From a virus: 64,000 bases of DNA. Below the pieces are notes generated by a model. That model saw nothing but the letters and a program-made list of their open reading frames with translations, searched no databases and was not told the origin of the DNA. This document shows positions 38,061 through 46,682 of the stretch, piece after piece. Location of the stretch: the IMG/VR virus record IMGVR_UViG_3300020039_000031. One strand, given 5' to 3'. The first letter of the stretch is position 1. Each line of letters begins with the position of its first letter. Position numbers and translations under genes: made by a program.

Positions 38061-38717
38061 CTAGAACAAAATTTCATTTTCTTCGATAGAGAAGCCGAGG
38101 CACACGCCATAGTTGGAGCTCGCGCCGGTGTAGTAGTAGAGGTTGCCGCCGTTGTTGACAAACATGAAGTAGGTGGTGTAGCCAAGGGCGGGAGAGCGAA
38201 GCCAATACCAGCACGGATCGCCGCCACGCGCCTTGACACGATCCAAATTACAATGAAAGATGTCGAGCTGCGTATCTTCCGGCTCTGCATCAGAGTAGTC
38301 TCCGATGCCAAACATTTGTGTACGAGAAGGAATGAACAGCTTATCAAGCGTTTCGATGCGCTCGCCGTTCAAAACCTGAACGATGCGTGTCGGCTGTATC
38401 ACAGACCGAAGCTCATCAGACAGCAATGGGTAGATCTCGTCCTGAAGATAACTGCGCATCTCGCTGTCACGCCATCCTCCGGCGTTCGTATCGCGCTCGT
38501 TCATCCGATGCCTGAATGTGATGTTGTTGGACAGGAAGAATACCTTGCCTCTTTCATCACGACATACTTTGAACTCAATGACACGTCCATCGGTTAAGCG
38601 GGCGTCCACGATGCTCCCGCTATTGAGCGCATAGTTCTCTGTACCGGTCCGCAGATCGTCTGCCATCTCACGCCACGACGTTTCGTATCCGATATTGATT
38701 TTAGCGATCATACCCAA
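38061..38717 (-). CDS. C-type-lectin-fold (DUF1566/Lcl-like) protein with GC-rich Asn/Tyr-rich C-terminus
   Basis: GGWRDSEMRSYL ... CWYWLRSPALGYTTYFMFVNNGGNLYYYTGASSNYGVCLGFSI; the 3' end is conspicuously GC-rich with AAC/TAC codons. Confidence 0.4.
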   Translation of the reverse strand: MGMIAKINIGYETSWREMADDLRTGTENYALNSGSIVDARLTDGRVIEFKVCRDERGKVFFLSNNITFRHRMNERDTNAGGWRDSEMRSYLQDEIYPLLSDELRSVIQPTRIVQVLNGERIETLDKLFIPSRTQMFGIGDYSDAEPEDTQLDIFHCNLDRVKARGGDPCWYWLRSPALGYTTYFMFVNNGGNLYYYTGASSNYGVCLGFSIEENEILF

Positions 38718-39040
38718 ATATCCTTTCTCGCAAATTCCAGAATCGACATGATCTCATCATCGTCTATCTCGTAATCGCCGTCGTCGATATTATCTATATC
38801 CTCAGCCCGAAGCACGACATAATCGATCGCGTCTGCGAACCAATGCCACCCATCACAGCCCATGCGGTCGTCTTTATCTTCCTCCATGTACGCATATTTG
38901 CCTTCGTACAATTTGCGCACCGTCATTGTCTTTCCGAGCCAATGATCCATCAGACCATATGGATTTTCGCAACAGCCACGTCCCCACTGGTCAACGATCT
39001 TTACTACGTCGCCGGGAGAAAGCGTAGAAATATCTACCAT
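38708..39040 (-). CDS. hypothetical acidic protein
   Basis: 110-aa ORF. Confidence 0.35.
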   Translation of the reverse strand: MVDISTLSPGDVVKIVDQWGRGCCENPYGLMDHWLGKTMTVRKLYEGKYAYMEEDKDDRMGCDGWHWFADAIDYVVLRAEDIDNIDDGDYEIDDDEIMSILEFARKDIWV

Positions 39041-39046
39041 ATCGCA

Positions 39047-39307
39047 TCACCTACTAAATGCCACGGCAATATACGGAGACTCACCATCTTCAAGGTCGTC
39101 ACCTTCAACACCGCGTGCCTTAATCTTTGGATAGTTGATCCATGCCTCCTCGTCCAAAACCGAAACTCTTATATCGCCGTACTTTGCGTACAGCCCCTCA
39201 AGCGCAACGATCAGTTCAACTACGCTCATCTGTTTACCTCCTTGTCTAAATCGCTTCATCTTACCAAGCTCTTCCTTGGTGCAAATAAGCATCGGTCCTC
39301 CAAACAT
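39047..39307 (-). CDS. hypothetical protein
   Basis: 86-aa ORF. Confidence 0.35.
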   Translation of the reverse strand: MFGGPMLICTKEELGKMKRFRQGGKQMSVVELIVALEGLYAKYGDIRVSVLDEEAWINYPKIKARGVEGDDLEDGESPYIAVAFSR

Positions 39308-39329
39308 ATTTACCTCCCAGTATGTATCG

Positions 39330-39406
39330 TGGTGCGCCAGAGAGGACTCGAACCTCCGACAGGCAGATTAAAAATCAGCTACTCTAACCATCTGAGTTAC
39401 TGGCGC
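39330..39406 (-). tRNA. tRNA-Lys (anticodon TTT)
   Basis: GCGCCAG...CTGGCGCACCA; D-arm ACTCAGATGGTTAGAGT; anticodon loop tTTTTaa; T-arm GGAGGTTCGAGTCCTCT. Confidence 0.65.
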
Positions 39407-39673
39407 ATATGAGAGAGCCTAACCACCAAAACCCTCGTGTCGCACCTCCCTTTCCATCTCTCTTCCCATTGGCTCCGCAGATGATTCGGATGCCAGAGGC
39501 CGCCTATGTGCGATTCCGTTCAATAACATCAGCCTCCAAACTATAACTGCGGCGAAACACATTGTACTTCTGTGCTTCGGAGTCCGCAGGTATTACAACG
39601 CTTGGCTGACGGGCGGCCGGAAGGATCGCGTATCTTTCCGGAGCGTTTCCTGCAAATGATTGGTTTCTACCGG

Positions 39674-39762
39674 TGGCGCCAGCGGAGGGGCTCGAACCCA
39701 CATAGACTTTCATCTACTCTCGGTTTTCAGGACCGGGCTGTTACCAGTTACAGTACGCCAGC
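39674..39762 (-). tRNA. class II tRNA, probably Ser (anticodon TGA)
   Basis: 89 nt, 3-bp D stem, long variable arm, loop ccTGAaa, encoded CCA. Confidence 0.5.
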
Positions 39763-39767
39763 ATAAT

Positions 39768-39844
39768 TGGAGCGATCTGCGGGATTTGAACCCGTACTCC
39801 CGGTTTGGAAGACCGGTGTGCTGACCGTTAAACACCAAGACCGC
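39768..39844 (-). tRNA. tRNA-Gly (anticodon TCC)
   Basis: anticodon arm CCGGT-cTTCCaa-ACCGG, T-arm GGGTTCAAATCCC, encoded CCA. Confidence 0.7.
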
Positions 39845-39848
39845 ATGA

Positions 39849-39924
39849 TGGTGGCACGCCAGAGACTCGAACTCTGAACTTGCCGGTTATGAGCCGGTGG
39901 TTCTACCCATTGAACTAACGCACC
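39849..39924 (-). tRNA. tRNA-Met (anticodon CAT; could be an Ile-lysidine type)
   Basis: loop cTCATaa, T-arm CAGAGTTCGAGTCTCTG, encoded CCA, several G-U pairs in the acceptor. Confidence 0.6.
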
Positions 39925-39998
39925 ATAATATCTTGGCTTTTTCTGCCCGAGACAGAGGAAAACCAAGGAACCTTGGGAAGTGTATTATAAAAGGAGGC

Positions 39999-40074
39999 TG
40001 GTCTGAGTGGAGGGTCTCGAACCCCCGGCCTCGTGGTCCCAGGCCACGCGCTCTGCCAACTGAGCTACACCCAG
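39999..40074 (-). tRNA. tRNA-Pro (anticodon TGG)
   Basis: CTGGGTGTAGCTCAGTTGGCAGAGC...CGTGG-ccTGGga-CCACG...GGTTCGAGACCC...CACTCAGACCA. Confidence 0.6.
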
Positions 40075-40108
40075 ATATGTGGGGCGGAAAACCGCCCCTA
40101 AATCGGGT

Positions 40109-41092
40109 TTACTCACCCGAGGCTGAGGAACGCGGAGTCGAACTATCGGTCAAATCGATCATAAACGAGGAATCCGATCCGAGAACGGTTGACGGGAGCA
40201 TACCGTCCCACTGTTTGATCCAGTAGTAGCTGATCAGTTCTCTCGTCAGGGCCCCAGCAATCCGCTGGTTCATTTCCGCCTCACGCTCACCGGCATACAG
40301 CGCCGCCTCCGCCTGGATCTTAACGACCTCCAGATCCGCATTTGCGGCAATGATAGCCTTCTCTGCTTCGGCGTTCGCGGCGATCACAGAACGATCTGCG
40401 GCGGCCTGTTCCTCCATCGTCATACGAGCCTGCTCAGTTTCCGCAGTCAGCTTGTTCTGCGCAGCTACCTGCTTCGCTTCGACCGCGTTAGTAAACGCAT
40501 CGGTGAAGTCAATATCCTCGATAGCGATAGAGACGATTGTGATGCCGTAGGATGCCATATCCGTCGTAGTGCTCTCTGCGATCAGATCGGACAGCGTATC
40601 ACGGCTGGCAATCAGATTCTCCGCCGTGTACTGCGAAAAGATCGCCTTTGTGTTCTCGATCACACGGGGATACATGACGTTCTCGTAATAGTTCAGACCA
40701 ACTGTGCGGTACAGTTCCTGCGCCGTTGCCTGATCGATGCAATAGTTCACAGAAAGCTGAAGATCCACCTGCTGGATATCGCTGGAGAATGCCGAGGTTT
40801 CAATCTGCACCTTTTGCGTTCGATTATCCATCTTCACAACCTTCTGCCAGGGGGCGATGAAGTTCGCACCAGCATTGACGGTTCTGTTCTCAACCCTGCC
40901 GAACGTCGTCAGGATTCCCGTATACCCGGTAGGTACGACTGCCATACATGAACCGAGAAGCATCAAGACGGCTACCACGATAGCAACAGAGCGGATTGTC
41001 TTACCGATCTTTGCCTCATTGGCGTTCTTGAAGCACGCACCGGCCACAATTCCGGCCACCATGACAATGATTGCGAGAATGAAAAGAAACAT
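40109..41092 (-). CDS. SPFH/band-7 (prohibitin/HflK-like) membrane protein
   Basis: N-terminal TM helix, then an SPFH domain and a C-terminal Ala/Glu-rich coiled coil. Confidence 0.7.
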   Translation of the reverse strand: MFLFILAIIVMVAGIVAGACFKNANEAKIGKTIRSVAIVVAVLMLLGSCMAVVPTGYTGILTTFGRVENRTVNAGANFIAPWQKVVKMDNRTQKVQIETSAFSSDIQQVDLQLSVNYCIDQATAQELYRTVGLNYYENVMYPRVIENTKAIFSQYTAENLIASRDTLSDLIAESTTTDMASYGITIVSIAIEDIDFTDAFTNAVEAKQVAAQNKLTAETEQARMTMEEQAAADRSVIAANAEAEKAIIAANADLEVVKIQAEAALYAGEREAEMNQRIAGALTRELISYYWIKQWDGMLPSTVLGSDSSFMIDLTDSSTPRSSASGE

Positions 41093-41115
41093 GTACTTAC
41101 TCCTTATGATAGTTA

Positions 41116-41631
41116 TTACAAATAGGCGTACTGTCCACGCCCAATTTGATCAACAAGCTCAAAACCGCTATTGTTTTTATTGCGATAATGAGAAAACGTA
41201 TGATAACGATCGTCCTCATCAAAAGACGGCGGTTCAAATACGCGAATCATGCGATCCATTTCCTGCTCTGGGATGACACGACGACGCGACCTGTTGTTCT
41301 CTCGGCACAGCTCTTTGTCTGTCTCAATGTAAATAAGATGTGTTTCAAAACCCGGAAACCAGTCAAGGAGCTGGATTCTACCAACATACGTTGGATTATT
41401 CGTATCGAAGATCGTATCGATTCCCTGTTGCTCTGCCATATGGAGCGCACGGAACAATGCCATCCAGATCTCAAACTCATTGATGTGTTTACGATCATCG
41501 CCGTTGAATAGGCGATAGAAATCATCAGGGCAGAGATAATGCAAATGATCTTCCTCAGCGTAGCTCTTAGCGAAGGTGGTCTTGCCGCTTCCGCTAAGAC
41601 CGCACATCATGTAGAGCTTCGGCTTACTCAT
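41116..41631 (-). CDS. P-loop kinase, ribosylnicotinamide-kinase (NadR C-domain)-like
   Basis: MMCGLSGSGKTT Walker A; sits directly downstream of PnuC and the NMNAT. Confidence 0.45.
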   Translation of the reverse strand: MSKPKLYMMCGLSGSGKTTFAKSYAEEDHLHYLCPDDFYRLFNGDDRKHINEFEIWMALFRALHMAEQQGIDTIFDTNNPTYVGRIQLLDWFPGFETHLIYIETDKELCRENNRSRRRVIPEQEMDRMIRVFEPPSFDEDDRYHTFSHYRNKNNSGFELVDQIGRGQYAYL

Positions 41632-42379
41632 TGGTCGCGTTCCTCGATTTGTTGAGCTTATACCAGTTGATAAGACCGATTACAGCCATAATCAGGTAGA
41701 TGGATTTCTTGGTCAGATACACGGTATCGAAGTGTACGATGTACATAGCCACCGCGACGATATCCGTAACGATCCAGAGAACATACTGCTCACGATACCG
41801 GAACAGCTCAAGGAACGTGGCAATGATGCCGATCGCGACCGTTGCCGCGTCAAGCCACGCAACCGTACCGCCGACGCGAACAAGGATCGCGTGATAGATC
41901 ACCGTAGAGATACCGACGACGCCGACCACAATGGCGTCCTGCCACCATGTCATTTTCCTCGCCTTTGTCAGCTCCTGCTGCGTCTCATCACGATGCCTCG
42001 ACCATGCGATCCACGAAATGATATTTAGAGGGAGATAAAGGAGGAGTTCGAGACACATCGTGCCGTAGATCTTCCAGTACGCCAGATACACTATGTACAC
42101 GACCGTATTGACGAGGCCGAACCCGAAGTTTGAGATACTCGCTCTGGCACAGAAGAAAATGCAGACGACGCCACAGACCGCGCTGACAAAGTTGACGATC
42201 GTGAGCCACGCAGGATTCTCGCTTGACGCAGGATCAACGAACGCCGTTACCATCGCGTATGCGGCGATCACGACCATGATGCCGGCCATGACCCATTCGT
42301 ACCATTTCAGGCTCTTGAAAGAACGGATCAGATTGCGCTCACTCTTTTTGATGCTCATATTGCCTCCTAAATAATCCAT
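41624..42379 (-). CDS. pnuC: PnuC-family nicotinamide riboside transporter
   Basis: 7-TM profile with Trp-rich helices typical of PnuC. Confidence 0.55.
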   Translation of the reverse strand: MDYLGGNMSIKKSERNLIRSFKSLKWYEWVMAGIMVVIAAYAMVTAFVDPASSENPAWLTIVNFVSAVCGVVCIFFCARASISNFGFGLVNTVVYIVYLAYWKIYGTMCLELLLYLPLNIISWIAWSRHRDETQQELTKARKMTWWQDAIVVGVVGISTVIYHAILVRVGGTVAWLDAATVAIGIIATFLELFRYREQYVLWIVTDIVAVAMYIVHFDTVYLTKKSIYLIMAVIGLINWYKLNKSRNATNE

Positions 42380-42882
42380 TGTTTTGCTTCTTCGATTCCC
42401 ATTTCGCGAACCGCTGTCGCGCTGATGGGAACTTCTTTTCTCTCTGGATCAACTAGTTCGTAGGTCGCCCACGGATAGGCTCTTTTGAAATACGGCGCGT
42501 ATTCCGGCTCGCTGCCAAATACAGCGTCGAACCGACCGCACGCCTCAAGAACGATCGGCGTTTCCATATCCCAGCTTTCCTCACCGTTCTCATCCCGACA
42601 TGACGAAACGTCAATGACAACCGGGATCACGTTATCAAACATGGCGGCAACCTTTTCGATCTGTTGCTTACGCGGCTCAGGATCGGTAAGAACTCTATGG
42701 TAAATCCCCATAAAACTCTTACGCCTGATCTCTTCTTCCTGTTTCCCGCCAAGCACCAGCAAAAGATAAACCACGTCGCAGAGCGACGCGGCGTATTCGA
42801 GGCAATGTAAATGCCCCTTATGGAACGGCATAAACTTGCCGCCATACATACCTGATTTGTATTTCTTCATAGCACAGCACAC
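42367..42882 (-). CDS. nicotinamide-nucleotide adenylyltransferase (cytidylyltransferase fold)
   Basis: GGKFMPFHKGHL = (H/T)xGH nucleotidyltransferase motif. Confidence 0.65.
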   Translation of the reverse strand: MCCAMKKYKSGMYGGKFMPFHKGHLHCLEYAASLCDVVYLLLVLGGKQEEEIRRKSFMGIYHRVLTDPEPRKQQIEKVAAMFDNVIPVVIDVSSCRDENGEESWDMETPIVLEACGRFDAVFGSEPEYAPYFKRAYPWATYELVDPERKEVPISATAVREMGIEEAKQWII

Positions 42883-43226
42883 ATAAAAGTATTCAGCATA
42901 TCGCAGAAGTCTTCATCCGGCTGGTCGTCGTCCTCTACTCCTGTGAGAGCACTTACGGCATCTTCATATGAAAGCGTGGTTTCAGAAGGGATGTATCTGC
43001 CGCTCCAAAGCACAAAGCAGATTCCCTCCTCATCATCATTATCCATACCGATGTGCATGTATGTCGTGTCCGTCGGGTTGTTCTCCACATACTCAACGGA
43101 TAGCGGGTGATGCTTGAAGCCGTATTCGACCAGCAGATCGACCATCATATTGCGTTCCTCAACGGTCTCGCATCGGATGAAGTAATGATCTTGTATAAAG
43201 CATTTGTCAAATTCTTCTCGTGTCAC
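42867..43226 (-). CDS. hypothetical protein, tandem paralog A
   Basis: shares T(R/H)(E/D)EF...CETVEER...L(L/V)E.G with 43223..43600. Confidence 0.4.
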   Translation of the reverse strand: MTREEFDKCFIQDHYFIRCETVEERNMMVDLLVEYGFKHHPLSVEYVENNPTDTTYMHIGMDNDDEEGICFVLWSGRYIPSETTLSYEDAVSALTGVEDDDQPDEDFCDMLNTFMCAVL

Positions 43227-43600
43227 CTGTACGCCACTCCCATCAGCGAGGCGAGCTCGTCATCGAAACCTTCCAACAACACGCCATCTTCATCGTCTGG
43301 GCTTGAAAGCACCTCGACAGCTTCTTTGTAAGAAATCACAGACGAAAAACTGGACGCATGTGCCCATAAGCAGAATGTTTTGCCATTACTGTCGATTCCG
43401 GGATACATGTACATTTTACTCGCCGGATTTCTGATATAGTTTTCTTTTGACTCCGGATTTCTTGGTATTCCGTTTTCCTCAAGAAGCTCACAGATATGCT
43501 CTCGTTCTTCGACCGTCTCGCATTTTACGCTGATCTTATGTTCTGTATCAATGAACGCTCTTAAGAATTCGTCGTGTGTCATTCTCAGATCGCCTTTCAT
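43223..43600 (-). CDS. hypothetical protein, tandem paralog B
   Basis: see paralog A; overlapping stop/start. Confidence 0.4.
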   Translation of the reverse strand: MKGDLRMTHDEFLRAFIDTEHKISVKCETVEEREHICELLEENGIPRNPESKENYIRNPASKMYMYPGIDSNGKTFCLWAHASSFSSVISYKEAVEVLSSPDDEDGVLLEGFDDELASLMGVAYR

Positions 43601-43705
43601 TCAGAATAATGGGGCTGGGAGACCAGCCCCACGATGTACCCCATCCGTGTGCTGACACACGTGTTAGTCAAGTCAGCACATGCACTGAGCCGCCGTCGGA
43701 GACAT

Positions 43706-43744
43706 TTTAATTTTCAATTTCGCTGAAATTGAAAATTAAAATAA
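43706..43744. repeat. perfect 18-bp-arm palindrome ATTTTAATTTTCAATTTC-gc-TGAAATTGAAAATTAAAAT
   Basis: read directly from the sequence. Confidence 0.9.
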
Positions 43745-43883
43745 GGCACCGACGCAGCTACCATTCCGAAACTTCTGCGGAGCGCAGAAGCAACTGCCGA
43801 AGCGGATATGTATCGACAATTCATCTGCATGGGGTACAAAAGCCGCGCCTGCGGTTTCGCCTCCCGCCTGACGCGGCCTATTA

Positions 43884-44432
43884 TCAAACCGGTGATAGGA
43901 TAAGGTCGGCCGCTTCATCTACGAGAGCGGCGTCCTCTTCATCCGCCTTTACAGCATCCTCCATAAGCATCTGGAGATGACCCTGGCCGGAAGAAATCAC
44001 GAACGCGAAGTCGATTTCCACGACGGGCTCATCGTCATCTTCCGGTTCTTCGTCACATTCTCCGCCGACGAATTCATCGTACCAGTCGTACTCGTCTTCT
44101 TCATCCTCTTCCTCTTCATCCCATTCGCCGTAATGGTCCATCCAGTCAAGGACATCCTGCTTATAGGCGCGGAAATCTCCGTATTCGTCAAGACCTTCAT
44201 AGTCGAGCCAGCCATTGCGGTGGTAATACGAGTAATCGCCCTCCGGAAGATCGTTCAGGCAATCCCGAAGAGTGCTCCAGCCGCAGTCGCGGTCGCAGAT
44301 ATCGTCTTCCACATTGCTTTCATAGTCTTCTTCGTCAATGACATCATCACACACTTCAATGCCGTAGTCCTGGCAGAACTCCATGAGCTCATACCATTCA
44401 GTCACGCCATCGACAAATTCCTGCCTTGTCAT
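43884..44432 (-). CDS. highly acidic protein
   Basis: start moved to MTRQEF, which has a GGGAGG RBS; the longer ORF start would overlap tRNA-Thr. Confidence 0.45.
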   Translation of the reverse strand: MTRQEFVDGVTEWYELMEFCQDYGIEVCDDVIDEEDYESNVEDDICDRDCGWSTLRDCLNDLPEGDYSYYHRNGWLDYEGLDEYGDFRAYKQDVLDWMDHYGEWDEEEEDEEDEYDWYDEFVGGECDEEPEDDDEPVVEIDFAFVISSGQGHLQMLMEDAVKADEEDAALVDEAADLILSPV

Positions 44433-44458
44433 AATAATACCTCCCATAGTATTTTGAA

Positions 44459-44534
44459 TGGAGCTGGTAGGGGGACTCGAACCCCCGACCTGCTGATTAC
44501 AAATCAGCTGCTCTACCAACTGAGCTATACCAGC
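44459..44534 (-). tRNA. tRNA-Thr (anticodon TGT)
   Basis: GCTGGTATAGCTCAGTTGGTAGAGC...GCTGA-tTTGTaa-TCAGC...GGGGGTTCGAGTCCCCC...CCAGCTCCA. Confidence 0.75.
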
Positions 44535-44535
44535 A

Positions 44536-44611
44536 TGGCGGCGGCGGTCGGAATCGAACCGACATCGTTGGAGTCAAAGTCCAATGCACTAACCGATTGT
44601 GCTACGCCGCT
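44536..44611 (-). tRNA. tRNA-Gln (anticodon TTG)
   Basis: anticodon arm TTGGA-cTTTGac-TCCAA, T-arm GTCGGTTCGATTCCGAC, encoded CCA; position 1-72 looks like an A-C mismatch. Confidence 0.6.
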
Positions 44612-45234
44612 GTTCACTATCTGCAATCGATATAGTTGTTCCTGTTTCGTACTGAAGTATCCAAGCGGGAGAGTCTCCTCTGGTTTCCGGCTATGCAGTG
44701 CAGCCGATTCCGGTTTGCTTTGTTTTATGTTAGCCTTGGATCTTAGGATCCGAGAGCTTCGTCCAACTCGGTACTGGGCCCGGCTCGCTTGTTTCATCGC
44801 CTTGGTGTCTTCTTCGTCGCCAGATCTAGGCGGCACTTCTGCGGAGCGCAGAAGCATACATCTCTCGATGTATCATTGCATTGCAGATAGTTGTTATTTC
44901 CTATGATCTACATAGAGATAGCCTTGCAAGTTACCAGGTGCTGCGGCAGCCAACTGCGCACATACAGATGATCTTCCATCTTCAGAAAAAGGTTTCTTGG
45001 TGTCGTCGAGACTCGCATGTCCATTGCAGTGCAGGCGTCTTCAGGGATGCTCGCTATTACTCCTTTTCCTGTCTTCAGGTTAGATGATCCGTCGCTCGTG
45101 GGGCGGCGCAAGGCTACGGCCGCGGCCGTAACCTGCCTGACATCGTCACCGTAACTTTTCGTAACTTCTGCGGAGCGCAGAAGCACCGCCAAAAAAAACA
45201 TGGCGGTTATTTCATCATAGGAATTATCCTTTGA

Positions 45235-46374
45235 TTATCGCTTTAAGTCCTTTCGGATCATCGCAACGATATCCGCGTTGTATTTTTCTCCGATGTGCTT
45301 CACCATATCGTCGATCGCCTCGCGTTCCACATTGCGATAGTAGTTGCGAAGACCCTCCATAACTTGGATATCATGGAGATCCCACTCGATCCCGTGTTGC
45401 TTATCTGACACATACGCCGTGATCATTCCACGGAACTGCCTTCGCGCCTGAAGCCCGATGGTGATCTCGTTGTCTCTTGTAAGCATCAGACCGAGATTCC
45501 AGTTTGAGCCGGACGATGAGCCGTACCGCGTCTTTTTCTCATTCAAAACGTGTGGAGAGTTGAATTGCTTATGTACGTCCTTGATGAGTCGTTCAACAGC
45601 GTGGATATCAAAGTCATACTTCGACGATACGATCGTATCGTCAGAATACCTTGTGTAAACGAACTGCTGCTTCTGAAAATCCCGGAACGCATTGGCGAGC
45701 GTATAGTCGATGGGGATCATCAGGATGTTCGTGAGCGTCGGAGAGAGCGGAGTCCCCTGCGGGAGACCTCCATTCAAGAAACCGAGCTCCACAGCTTTTT
45801 CGAGCTGTTCCTTTCCCTGGTCGATCTTCATGACCTCCGAAAACGGGAAAATCATTGACAGCATCTGCATCGACCATTCCAGCGTCGTGTTGCCGAAGAA
45901 ATTTGATAGATCCAGCTTGCCAAACCACTTGCTTTCGTTGGCCTGATGGCGCTTAACGGCGTCGATCGTACAGCGCTTTTTGACATACGCAAACGCTGAC
46001 GTGTGATACAGCGCCCTGAAATCAGACTCGAACATCCGTTTCAGATCACGAAGTGCCGTCATCAAATCCTCACACGGCGCGTCGATCCTGCGAAGTCCAC
46101 CGGATTTCTTGGGGATATAGAATTCATAATAGAGTTCTTTGCGCGGCTGCTGACGGAGAAACTCCGTCCGTTCATTGAACTTTATGAGCTGTGAGATCAG
46201 ATATGGAACGCTGATCGTGCGCAGAAAATTGTTGCTGACATGCTCAACAGCGTATGTTCGTGTATTTGCCGTGCTGTCGTTTATCATCAGATTTCCGCGC
46301 CGCTTCTCAAATAAGAATTCCTCCAATGTAAGCTGATGATACATCGGAGACTGCATAACCGTTATATACGTCAC
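45235..46374 (-). CDS. reverse transcriptase (non-DGR, class unassigned)
   Basis: IPKKSGGLRRI (motifs 1/2), LDLSNFF (A), GLPQGTPLSPTLTNI (B'), YTRYSDDTIV (YxDD); GTG start with AAGGAGG RBS 7 nt upstream. Confidence 0.85.
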   Translation of the reverse strand: MTYITVMQSPMYHQLTLEEFLFEKRRGNLMINDSTANTRTYAVEHVSNNFLRTISVPYLISQLIKFNERTEFLRQQPRKELYYEFYIPKKSGGLRRIDAPCEDLMTALRDLKRMFESDFRALYHTSAFAYVKKRCTIDAVKRHQANESKWFGKLDLSNFFGNTTLEWSMQMLSMIFPFSEVMKIDQGKEQLEKAVELGFLNGGLPQGTPLSPTLTNILMIPIDYTLANAFRDFQKQQFVYTRYSDDTIVSSKYDFDIHAVERLIKDVHKQFNSPHVLNEKKTRYGSSSGSNWNLGLMLTRDNEITIGLQARRQFRGMITAYVSDKQHGIEWDLHDIQVMEGLRNYYRNVEREAIDDMVKHIGEKYNADIVAMIRKDLKR

Positions 46375-46682
46375 TCGATCACCTCCTTATTCAGTAGTGT
46401 GATTGTAACCTTTGTTGAGTATTGCTGACCGCTTGCCAGGTCGGCGCCAATTGCACGCTCGAGCTGGATGTCTGAGACCAGATCCATTCTGAGGATGAGG
46501 ATCGGTTCCAGAAAGCTGCAGTGCAATTGCTTCCCGTGCGTGTCTGCTGATGAGATCGCGATGACTGCAGTTGTACAACTCGGAGGTGGGTCGTCATCTG
46601 GCGGACTGATTTCGATCGAGTCTGACCATCGTCCCCTTGTCGCCTTACCTTTTCGATACTCCTGCGGAGCGCAAGAGTTCAC
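46371..46682 (-). CDS. possible small ORF in the RT leader (overlaps the RT start as GTGA)
   Basis: 103-aa ORF with weak coding character; the region may instead be non-coding RNA. Confidence 0.2.
   Translation of the reverse strand: MNSCAPQEYRKGKATRGRWSDSIEISPPDDDPPPSCTTAVIAISSADTHGKQLHCSFLEPILILRMDLVSDIQLERAIGADLASGQQYSTKVTITLLNKEVIE

Noticed and set aside
44433-44519. N-terminal extension of the acidic-protein ORF (MVEQLICNQQVGGSSPP...)
   Set aside because: Overlaps tRNA-Thr. An internal ATG with a GGGAGG RBS just after the tRNA is a far better start.
44525-44857. 110-aa minus-strand ORF
   Set aside because: Overlaps tRNA-Gln and runs through a non-coding repeat region; low-complexity sequence.
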